From assembly GCF_035084215.1 (NCBI RefSeq), contig NC_090363.1:2666001-2730000 (forward strand): a DNA stretch of 64,000 nucleotides. The letters are read 5' to 3'. The notes beneath the pieces are model-generated. The model worked only from the letters and a program-made list of their open reading frames with translations, did no database searches and was not told the DNA's origin. This stretch comes from Heptranchias perlo (taxonomy: Eukaryota). Positions 48,760-59,706 of this stretch are shown here, in pieces. Numbering within the stretch: position 1 is the stretch's first letter; every line of letters starts with the position of its first letter. The position numbers and the translations under genes were made by a program.

Positions 48760-51730
48760 CACAGAACCATAGAAAAGATACAGCACAGAAGGGGCCATTG
48801 GGCCCGTCGTGTCCGTGCCGGCTCAAAGAACAACCAGGTGCCCATTCTAATCCCACCTTCCAGCGCCCGGTCCGTAGCCCTGCAGCTTACAGCACTTTAG
48901 GTGCAAGTCCAGGTACTTTTTAAAAGAGTTGAGGGTCCCTGCCTCCACCACCAATTCGGGCAGTGAATTCCATACACCCACCACCCCCGGGTAAAAAAGT
49001 TTTTCCTCATGTCCCCTCTAATCCTTCTGCCAATCAGCTTAAATCTATGTCCTCTAGTTCTTGAACTCTCCGCTAGGGGAAACAGGTACTTCCTGTTACT
49101 CTATCTTGGCCCCTCATAATTTTGAACACTTCAATCAAGTCTCCCCTCAGCCTCCTCTGCTCCAAGGAAAACAACCCCAGCCTATCCAATCTCTCCTCGT
49201 AGCTGCAAATTTCAAGCCCTGGCAACATTCTTGTAAATTTTCTCTGCACTTTCTCCAGAGCAATTACGTCCTTCCTGTAATGTGGTGACCAGAACTGCGC
49301 ACAATACTCCAGCTGTGGCCTTACCAGCATTTTATACAGTTCCAACATTACATCCCTGCTTTTTTATTCTATACCTCGGCTAATAACGGAGAACATGCCG
49401 TATGCCTTCTTCACAACCTTATCTACCTGTACTGCCACCTTCAGGGACCTGTGCACGTGCACTCCAAGGTCTCTCACTTCCTCTACCCCTCTCAATATAT
49501 TCCCGTTTACTGAGTATTTCCTTTTACTATTTGTCCTCCCTAAGTGCATTACCTCACACTTCTTCGGGTTGAACTCCATTTGCCACTTTTCTGCCCACTC
49601 CACCAACCCATTGATATCTTCTTGGAGTCGACAGCTATCCTCTTCACTATCAACTACACGGCCAATTTTTGTGTCGTCTGCAAATTTGCAAATCATGCCC
49701 CCTACATTCAAGTCCAAATCATAAATATGTACCACAAACAGCAAGGCACCCAACACTGAGCCCTGTGGCACACCACTGGAAACAGATTTCCATTTGCAAA
49801 GACATCCATCGACTTTTACCCTTTGTTTCCTGTTACTGAGCCAATTTTGGATCCAATTGGCCACATTTTCCTGTTTCCCATGGGCTTTTACCTTTCTGAC
49901 CAGTCTGCCATGTGGGACCCTGTCAAATGCCTTACTAAAATCCATGTAGACAACATCCACTGCACTGCCCACATCAATCCTCCTTGTCACTTCCTCAAAG
50001 AATTCAATCAGATTTGTAAGGCATGACCTTCCCTGAACAAATCCATGCTGACTATCCCTGATTAAACCATGCCTTTCCAAGTGACAGTTTATCCTATCTC
50101 TCAGTATTGATTCTAATAGTTTGCCCACCACCGAGGTAAGACTGACCGGCCTATAATTGTTCGGCCTTTCCCTCGTACCCTTTTTAAACAATGGTACTAC
50201 GTTTGCAGTCTTCCAGTATCTCCCCTATATCTAGTGAGGATTGGAAAATGATCCTCAGAGCATCCGCTATTTCCTCCCTGGCTTCCTTCAATAGCCTAGG
50301 AAACAATCCATCTGGCCATGGTGACTTATCAACTTTCAAGGATTCCAGTCCCTCTAGTACTTCCTCTCTCGTTATGTTTACCGTATCCAATATTTCACAC
50401 CTCTCCTCTTTAACTACGTCCGGATCATCTCTTTCCTTTGTGAATACGGAGACAAAATGTTCATTTAAAACCCTCCCCATACCCTCTGCTTCTACACACA
50501 AGTTACCCTTATCATCCCTGATAGGTCCCACCTTTTCCTTAGCCAACCTCTTGTTCTTAATGTACTGATAAAACATCTTTGGGTTTTCTTCAATCTTACC
50601 AGCTAATATTTTTTCATTTTGCTTTCCTTATTTCCTTTTTTTACGTCATCCCTGTACTTTCTAGGCTTTCTGCAGTATTTAGTTTTCTATGACAGTCATA
50701 AGCTTTCTTTTTCTGCTTTACCTTGCCCCGTATACTTGTGGACAACCAGGAGGCTCTAAATTTGGCAGTGCCACCCTTTTTCTTTGAGGGGACATGTCTG
50801 CATTGTACCCGTAGAATTTCACTTTTTAGTGCCTCCCACTGGCTTGCCACTGATTTCTCCTCAAGTCGTTGTGTCCAGTCCACTTCTGCCAAATCACCTC
50901 TTAGTTCTGTAAAATTTGCCTTCCCCCAATTTAAAACATTTACTCCTGATTTAACTCTGTCCTTTTCCATAATAATGCTAAAACTAACTGAATTGTAGTC
51001 ACTATCCCAAATATGGTCACCCACTATCACTTCACCCACTTGCCCATCTTCATTTCCCAGGACTAAATCTAGAATTGCATCCCCTCTTGTTGGGCTTGTC
51101 ATATATTGGCTAAAAAAGCTCTCCTGGACACCGATCGCGAATTTTGCGCCCTCTGTGCCCCTCACACTGTTTCAATCCCAGTTGATGTTAGGGTAGTTGA
51201 AGTCCCCTACTATTATTGCCCTCTTATTTTTGCACTCAGAAATTTGCCGACATATTTGTTCTTCTATCGCCCTTTCGCTATTCGGGGGTCTATAGTTCAC
51301 TCCTAGTAGTGTGACTGCCCCTTTTTTATTTCTTAGCTCAACCCATATGGCCTCATTTGATGATCCATTTAGCATATCATCCCTTCTCACAACTGTAATT
51401 GCTTCTTTAACCAATAATGCTACCCCCCCCCTCCTTTTTTATCACCCACTCTTTCCTGCCTGAAAACTCTATCCAGGGCTATTGAGCTGTCAATTATCCC
51501 CCTCTTTAAGCCAGGTTTCCGTTACAGCAATGATATCATGCTGCCACGTGTCTATCTGTGCCCTTAGCTCATCTGCTTTGTTTGTAATACTCCTTGCACT
51601 GAAGTATATACCCTTTAACCCCGTCAAATTCCTGTGCTGAACACTATTTAACCTTTGCTTCTTTTGCCTTTCTGAGTCGGTAGCTATGTCACTTACTGTT
51701 TTTCTACTTCCCGTTTCCTGGTCTGAATTT
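48760..51730 (-). mobile_element. Decayed CR1-type LINE ORF2 (endonuclease, RT, 3' end), about 3 kb
   Basis: [63 protein letters not shown]; interrupted by frameshifts. Confidence 0.95.
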
Positions 51731-52334
51731 GTCCTATCTGTACCTACCTGTTGTGCTCATTTCCACAAGTGGGAAATTGCCTTGCAGTGTTTAAATTTGA
51801 TGCTGTGCGAAATCACTTTCTCTACAAACTGTAGGGTTCAAGCACAACAATTGAATGGATTAAAACATTTTATTTGATGTATCCTAAATTTCTGTGTAGT
51901 ACTGTTGGAGGTACTTTCGGACAAGATGTTAAAATGAGGCCCCGTCTGTCCTCTCAGGTGGATATAAAAGATCCCATGGCACTATTTCGAAGAAGAGCAG
52001 GGAAGTTCTCCGGTGTTTTGGGCCAATATTTATCCCTCAACCAACATCACTCAAAAATAGATTATCCGGTCATTATCACATTGTTCTCTATGGGATCTTG
52101 CTGTGCCTAAATTGGCATTATGACAACTTCAAAAGTATGTTATTAGCTGTAAAGCTGTTTGGGACGTCCTGAGGTTGTGAAAGGCGCTATATAAATGCAA
52201 GTTGTTTCTTTATTCCAAGTGATTCATGTAAGTGAAGCACTTGGAGATAAGGCGCTACATAAATGCAATTTGTTTTTTCCTTTCCCAAACGTCTGCTTAA
52301 TTTTTTAAACATTTAATCGTAGACTGCAACGATA

Positions 52335-52488
52335 ATGAGCGGGAGACCTCACGGAGCTGCCAGGCGGAGAGGCCCAGCACCAAAGAGGAGATCGCCACTG
52401 AAGGCACCACCTGTAAGATCACCGCAAAGGAGGAGGTCACCAGTGAGTCCCCACAGGAGACCCCCAACCAGCCCCCGACAAAGACCAC
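52335..52488 (+). CDS. CENPA: CENP-A first coding exon (N-terminal tail, [12 protein letters not shown]...SPRQRP)
   Basis: Acceptor AG at 52321-52322, ATG at 52335, donor C|GTAAGA (phase 1) compatible with the next exon. Confidence 0.85.
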
Positions 52489-55400
52489 GTAAGACACTTT
52501 TTTCCACACACTTTTTTTTCTCTCTCTCTCTTTTAATCTCCATTCCTAACTAATTGAGATGACTATACCATTTCCAAATGCGATTTTGCAGTAGAAACAA
52601 ACAATTCCGATATGGGATTATTTTCTGATAATCTTGGCGTGAAGAAAGTTTTTGGGAAAGGGATGTGACAGACATGGTCTATGTAAAAGTTTTACATCTA
52701 GAATGCATCCTTGAGAAGGTGGTGGTGAGCCGCCTTCTTGAACCGCTGCAGTCCGTGTGGTGAAGGTTCTCCCGCAGTGCTGTTAGGAAAGGAGTTCCAG
52801 GATTTTGACCCAGCGACGATGAAGGAACGGCCGATATATTTCCAAGTCGGGATGGTGTGTGACTTGGAGGGGAACGTGCAGGTGGTGTTGTTCCCATGTG
52901 CCTGCTGCTCTTGTCCTTCTAGGTGGTAGAGGTCGCGGGTTTGGGAGGTGCTGTCGAAGAAGCCTTGGCGAGTTGCTGCAGTGCATCCTGTGGATGGTGC
53001 ACACTGCAGCCACTGTGCGCCGGTGGTGAAGGGAGTGAATGTTTAGGGTGGTGGATGGGGTGCCAATCAAGTGGGCTGCTTTGTCCTGGATGGTGTTGAG
53101 CTTTTTGAGTGTTGTTGGAGCTGCACTCATCCAGGCAAGTGGAGAGTATTCCATCATACTCCTGACTTGTGCCTTGTAGTTGGTGGAAAGGCTTTGGGGA
53201 GTCAGGAGGTGAGTCACTCGCCGCAGAATACCCAGCCTCTGACCTGCTCTTGTAGCCACAGTATTTATATGGCTGGTCCAGTTAGGTTTCTGTCAATGGT
53301 GACCCCCAGGATGTTGATGGTGGGGGATTCGGCGATGGTAATGCCGTTGAATGTCAAGGGGAGGTGGTTAGACTCTCTCTTGGACATAGTCATTGCCTGG
53401 CACTTGTCTGGCGCGAATGTTACTTGCCACTCATGAGCCCAAGCCTGGATGTTGTCATGGTCTTGCTGCATGCGGGCTCGGACTGCTTCGTTATTTGAGG
53501 GGTTGCGAATGGAACTGAACACTGTGCAATCATCAGCGAACATCCCCATTTCTGACCTTATGATGGAGGGAAGGTCATTGATGAAACAGCTGAAGATGTT
53601 TGGGCCTAGGACTCTGCCCTGAGGAACTCCTGAGGAAATCAAGATTGTAAGCCAATGAAGCCACGGGATAAAGGGAGAAGAGGGATACGGGTTGGAGAAA
53701 AGGTGGAAAGTGGTCCCGCAACACGATCTGAATGATGGGGTGAACTGGATGGACTTTCTCACGTGCATTACTGAGGGAGTGCTGCACTGTCGGAGGTGCC
53801 GTCTTTTGGATGAGACATTAAACTGAGGCCCCATCTGCCCTCTCGGGTGGACATAAAAGATCCCGTGGCCACTATTTGGAAGAGGAGCAGGGGAATTCTC
53901 CCCTGGTGCCCTGAGCCAATAGTTATCCCTCAACCAACATCGCTGAAAAACAGATTTTTGGATCATTATCACATTGCTGTTTGTGGGATCTTGCTGTGCG
54001 AAAATTGGCTGCTGCATTTCCTACATTACAACAATGACCACACTTCAAAAGTACTTCATTGGCTGTAAAGCGCTTTGGGACGTCCTGAGGTTGTGAAAGG
54101 CGCTGTAGAAATGCAAGATCTTTTTCTTTTCTTGTATTCTTTTTCCTTGTAAAACATTCTTTGCTACCTCACTATCCTATATAGATTTGGTATATTGATC
54201 CAATTGACAGTTAAAAATTGATTTTATTCTCTGGGTGTAAACGTGAGAAGGGTGATGCTGACAATTTTATAAGCAAATCATTGAATAACCAACATCATTT
54301 AAAGGAGATGGCATCTCAAACGGTAAGTCCATTCTCCTGGATGTATCCCATGGAAACCTTTGTCGGCTAAACTATTCTGTGTACTTGACCAACTGTTACT
54401 TGAAAATATGTTACACGGAGGTTAATGGATTCCTGTATTAGGTGATCGAAATCTTGGCTTGATACCTAGTATAGTTAAGAATGCATCTGTCTGCAGGAGA
54501 ACAGCCGTCACCACGCCGTAGAAGGTTCCGGCCAGGTACCAGGGCCTTGATGGAGATACGCAAATACCAGAAATCTACAGGCTTGCTGCTCCGCAAACTG
54601 CCATTCAGCAGACTGGTGAGTTATAATTAAGAGCTGGTGCCAAATGATAGTGTTAAACAATAAGCGAAAGTATTCTCGGGCTCTCTGCTGATTGTGTTGT
54701 GTGTTCACCTGCAACGTGTAGAGGCTGCTGGCTAGCTCTCAAGCAGTAACCCATTTCAAGAGTCCAGGTGGCACGTAAGCAGGTGAAAGGTGCTATGTAA
54801 ATGCAAGTTCTTTCTTTTTCTTGTATTCTTCTGCCTTGTAAAACATTCTTTGCTACCTCACTATCCTATGTAGGTTTGGTATATTGATCCATTTGACAGT
54901 TAAAAGATTGATTTTATTCAGTGGGTATAAACGTGAGGTGGGTAATGCTGACCATTTTATAAGCAAATCATTGAATAACCAACATCACAAGCTCACTTAA
55001 AGGAGATGGCATCTCAAACGGTAGGTCCAGGTGGCAACTCAAGCTGGAAGAGATATAGTTTTGTTACAGTACTTACCATGGAGTTGACAGTTTCCTGACA
55101 AGATTTGCTCTGGTTGATTGTGGAGGGGAAGAATATTAGGGACAGGAGGAGGCCATTCAGCCCCTCGAGCCTGCTCCAACACTCAATTAGAGTGTGACTG
55201 ATCTATATCTCAACTTCCTTTACCCGCCTTTGCTCCATATCCCTAATGAAAATCTATCCATCTCAGTCTTGAAAGTTTCAATTGACCCCCTGCATCCACA
55301 GCTGTTTCTTGGTTGGGGGGGGAAACAGGAGAGGGGGAAAGGGAAGAGTTTTCCAGATTCCCAATACCCTTTGATCACTTTCAATCCAAAGGGTAGGATT

Positions 55401-58400
55401 GGACACGGTCAGTACCAATCAATCAACCATCACTTTCTCCCACCCTTGGAAGCAGAATCCGTAAAAACTTTTAAGAGGGAGATGGATAAATGTTTGGAAA
55501 AGGAAAATCTGTATGAGGAAAGGAACGGGACTAGGTGGAGAGCTCTTTCAGAGAGCTGGCAGAGGCATGATGGGTCGAATGGCCTCCTGTTGTGCTGCAC
55601 AGTCCTACGATTCTATAAATCCAATGACCAGAATACCTCAAGTGTAGAGGTAACTGTCTGCCCTTCCACAGTTGAGTAGCTGAGGGCCGAGTGCAGAAAA
55701 GGATCGTAGGAACAAAGGTCTACTTTACATGAGCAGTCTTGAAAGAGCTGACCATTCATTTTCACTTTCATTACTGTTGCAGCATTTTATTTAAGCGTAG
55801 TTCCCCCTGGTGACATCAACAGGGGAATGGGCTGTGAAGACTTACTGAGGCACTAGGTGCTTGGAACTAATGTTCCCTTTGAACTCATTCTTTCCAGGTG
55901 CGTGAAGTGGCTGTTCGGTTCACTAGAGGCATCCACTACAATTGGCAAGCCAGTGCTTTGTTGGCATTGCAGGAGGTAACGGCTGACTAAATTTATGAAA
56001 TGCATTTGTCCTGATTTATAGACTATCTATCTAGAGAAACGACTTTTTTTAATCTAACTGCTTATTTCTGCATGGTATTTTTTTTTCCTTCACAAATGCA
56101 TAAACTACCCAAAAGAGCGAGGAAAATTAATGAGAAATTCAAAATATCTGAGAGGCCATAATAATGTTGGGAAGCGCACAGCCAAGCAGCAGCGAGGCAA
56201 AATCGACACGAGCAGGACTGAGGAATCACACAAGGGATTGGAGAGATAATGGCCGTAACAAGAACCAAAGCCCATTATCTGCAAGTACCGCTAACACCAA
56301 GAGAGAATGAAAGGGCTGTAGAGAAAGGGGGGGGGATAAGAGAGAATGGAAAAAACAAATAGTCGTGACGTCACTGAAAGAGGCAGAATGACGTCCTGCC
56401 AGTTCTGCCTATCTCGTGGCCATTGGAAACGGAGGTGTTGGGGCTGGGGGGGGGCTAATGTTCGTTCCCAACGGCAACCCACCTGTGATCGATCCTGATA
56501 AAGAAGTGACCATTTAAAAAAAAAAAAGAGAATCAACTCTTCGGTTGAAACAGACCACACCTCCCCTCCTCTAACAGTGTGACAGGGTCCCAGTCTGAAT
56601 TTCCTGCCCCCCACCCCCGGGGAGTGCCCCATAAATGACCTGGGCGCCTGCCCCTTTTATGCAAATAGCCCCACGCTGTGATTCGGGATAGGGTGAATGG
56701 GGGGAGGAAAGCTGGTAGCCTGAAGTACGACCTCCCTGCATTTCTGGCGGCAGATCGTAAGGAATTTGAGGACTGCATCTTCATGTATCACTAACTGATA
56801 TGTGTAGAAGGAAGTCGCTGTAGTGCGCCCACCCCCTCCCCTCCCCATGCCAGGTTGGTTCAGCCCGCCTTCATTGCAACTGGAGTGACGGGCGTGGTAG
56901 GAAGTTCCTGTCCCACGAGGGCGGGGGAGGCGGTCTTTGAAAGTGATCAGGAGCACTGAGCTACAGCCTGCTCATTGCAACCACATTCAAACTGGAGCCC
57001 TCGAAGAGAGACAGCAGTGTCGTGATTGCAATACCATCAGTGCCCAGTAAAGGACACTGGTGAACTGTTGTGCTTTACTGATAGTCAAGTAATCTGCTTC
57101 CTTTCCTTTTGGTATGTTGCTGTTTTGAGAGGGCCCTTTTCCCGTTGTCCTACAGCAACCTAACCTGGGGTGGAGTGTAAATCCATAAGGACCAGCATTA
57201 CAGATCCTCATATAATCGATTAGCTGACCATTCTAATTATATAAAAAAACATGTAATAAAAGCATCACATGTTGGAAACATAGTGAACGTGCCACCATCT
57301 GGAATTCAGAAATGAAGCTTTAGATTCTATTGCAGGGACTATAGCCCAACTTTAAAAGCATTTTTTTTTTTACAGATGCTTTGTATTTCCAGCATTTCCC
57401 CTTTATCTTCCAGCCGTGCTAGGGGGTGGCCAACCCTCCAGGATTGCCCTGGAGAATCCAGGATTTAATCACCTGGATGCTGCTGCCAGCAAAACACCCG
57501 GGAGAAAAAAATCATAGGGGCATTAAATCAAAATAGCGTATTTTCTTAAATTTTTTAAATTTGTTCACGGGATGTGGGCATCGCTGGTGAGGCCGGCATT
57601 TATTGCCCATCCCTAATTGCCCTTGAGAAGGTGGTGGTGAGCCGCCTTCTTGAACCGCTGCAGTCCGTGTGGTGAAGGTTCTCCCACAATGCTGTTAGGA
57701 AGGGAGTTCCAGGTTTTTGACCCAGCGACGATGAAGGAACGGCGATATATTTCCAAGTCGGGATGGTGTGTGACTTGGAGGGGAACGTGCAGGTGGTGTT
57801 GTTCCCATGTGCCTGCTGCTCTTGTCCTTCTAGGTGGTAGAGGTCGTGGGTTTGGGAGGTGCTGTCGAAGAAGCCTTGGCGAGTTGCTGCAGTGCATCCT
57901 GTGGATGGTACACACTGCAGCCACATTGCGCCGGTGGTGAAGGGAGTGAATGTTTAGGGTGGTGGATGGGGTGCCAATCAAGCGGGCTGCTTTGTCCTGG
58001 ATGGTGTCGAGCTTCTTGAATGTTGTTGGAGCTGCACTCATCCAGGCAAGTGAAGAGTATTCCATCATACTCCTGACTTGTGCCTTGTCGATGGTGGAAA
58101 GGCTTTGGGGAGTCAGGAGGTGAGTCACTCGCCGCAGAATACCCAGCCTCTGACCTGCTCTTGTAGCCACAGTATTTATATGGCTGGTCCAGTTAAGCTT
58201 CTGGTCAATGGTGACCCCCAGGATGTTGATGGTGGGGGATTCGGCGATGGTAATGCTGTTGAATGTCAAGGGGAGGTGGTTAGACCCTCTCTTGTTGGAG
58301 ATGGTCATTGTCTGGCGCGAATGTTTCTTGCCACTTATCAGTCCAAGCCTGGATGTTGTCCAGGTCTTGCTGCATGCGGGCTCGGACTGTTTCATTATTT

Positions 58401-59706
58401 GAGGGGTTGCGAATGGAACTGAACACTGTGCAATCATCAGTGAACATCCCCGTTTCTGACCTTATGATGGAGGGAAGGTCATTGACGAAGCAGCTGAAGA
58501 TGGTTGGGCCTCGGACACTGCCCTGAGGAACTCCTGCAGCAATGCATTTGTTTATTAGTGCTAAAACTATTGGCGATGTGGAATAAAGGCTGTTTGACAG
58601 GCCAGGATGGTTGGAGGCAGATCATGTGATGAAACCTCCAGAATTGCGTCCAACCAGAACTGCCAACCCTACTCCCTGCCTTTGTAATCTTGAAGGATAG
58701 GGTCAACCCATGATCAGCATTAAAAATGCTCTAAATTCCTGTGGATCAGCTGAGTGTTTTGAATAAGTTTGGCAAGTTCTGATGGTGTAAGCGGTTATGG
58801 GACTGGATCAACAACCCAGAGGTTGTGGGTTCACCCTACCGCAGCAAGCTGTGCGGCCGAGTTCAATAAATCTGCCGATTTTTGTTGTCCAGACCTGAAG
58901 AGAATGATTATGGAACCCGCCAGATTGTTGCCGAAATGTTGCTTCAGGGAATGGAACCTGCCGTCCCTTACCTGGTCTGGCCTACACGCCATTCCAGTCC
59001 CACGCTCTGTGGTTGGCTCTTAATGCCCACTGCGGTGGCCCAGGAGTCATAAAGGACAATTGCCTGAAGGAGGTGGCCCACTACCACTGTCGCTGGGCAA
59101 TGAACATCGCCCACATCCCACCAGAAAAGAACAAATAAAAAGCCAGCCAGTGTTCTCTGGCGGCACTTTTGTTTCCAATGCTTCAGAACCCTTGTGGTTT
59201 CATGTACCAATATTTGAGACGTTAAACTACCTTCTCGGGTGGGCGTAAAAGATCCCATGGCACTATTTCGAAGAAGAGCAGGGGAGTTGTCCCCGGAGTT
59301 CTGGCCCAATATTTATCCCGCAACCAACATCACCAAAACCAGATGAACCGGTCATTATCACATTGCTGTTTGCGGGACCTTGCTGTGCACAAATTGGCTG
59401 CCGCGTTTCCTACATTACAGCAGTGACCACACTTCAAAAAAAAAAGGAACTTAATTGGCTGTAAAGTGCTTTGGGACGTCCTGAGGTTGTGAAGGCACGA
59501 TATAAATGCAAGTTCTTCCTTTTTAAAATCCCATCATAACACCTCGAATTGTTCTTCCTCTTGTTCCCCAGGCCGCGGAGGCATTTCTGGTGCTTCTCCT
59601 GGAGGACGCCTACCTCTGCACCCTGCACGCCAAGAGAGTCACCCTATTCCCGAAGGATGTGCAGCTGGCTCGGAAGATAAGGGGCATACAAGAAGGTCTG
59701 GGCTAA
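52335..59706 (+). CDS. CENPA: Centromere protein A (centromeric histone H3 variant), spliced model, 161 aa
   Basis: Exons 52335-52488, 54497-54615, 55898-55975 and 59572-59706 (486 nt, phases 1, 0, 0). Histone fold with CENP-A loop 1 ([10 protein letters not shown]), [16 protein letters not shown] and a C-terminal IQEGLG matching the vertebrate LEEGLG CENP-C-binding tail. Confidence 0.95.
52706..53632 (-). mobile_element. LINE RT 3' fragment in a CENP-A intron
   Basis: [25 protein letters not shown]. Confidence 0.9.
54497..54615 (+). CDS. CENPA: CENP-A coding exon 2 ([40 protein letters not shown])
   Basis: H3-family alphaN/alpha1 motif; ctgcag acceptor, GTGAGT donor. Confidence 0.96.
55898..55975 (+). 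CDS. CENPA: CENP-A coding exon 3 ([26 protein letters not shown])
   Basis: CATD loop 1 with RG insertion and the W-Q motif diagnostic of CENP-A; 78 nt. Confidence 0.96.
57560..58538 (-). mobile_element. LINE RT 3' fragment nested within a TIR element in a CENP-A intron
   Basis: Same family as 52706-53632; flanked by the two halves of the GGCCAACCC/TGCCAACCC element. Confidence 0.88.
59572..59706 (+). CDS. CENPA: CENP-A last coding exon ([44 protein letters not shown])
   Basis: ttccccag acceptor; alpha2-L2-alpha3 of the histone fold; TAA at 59704; AATAAA at 60050. Confidence 0.97.
   Translation, partial: AAEAFLVLLLEDAYLCTLHAKRVTLFPKDVQLARKIRGIQEGLG

Noticed and set aside
48760-51730. Active or domesticated reverse transcriptase gene
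   Set aside because: ORF2 is broken into several frames and 5'-truncated; an ordinary decayed CR1.
54497-59706. Canonical H3 or H3.3 gene
   Set aside because: No ARTKQTAR tail; loop 1 with RG insertion, W-Q motif and EGLG terminus identify CENP-A.
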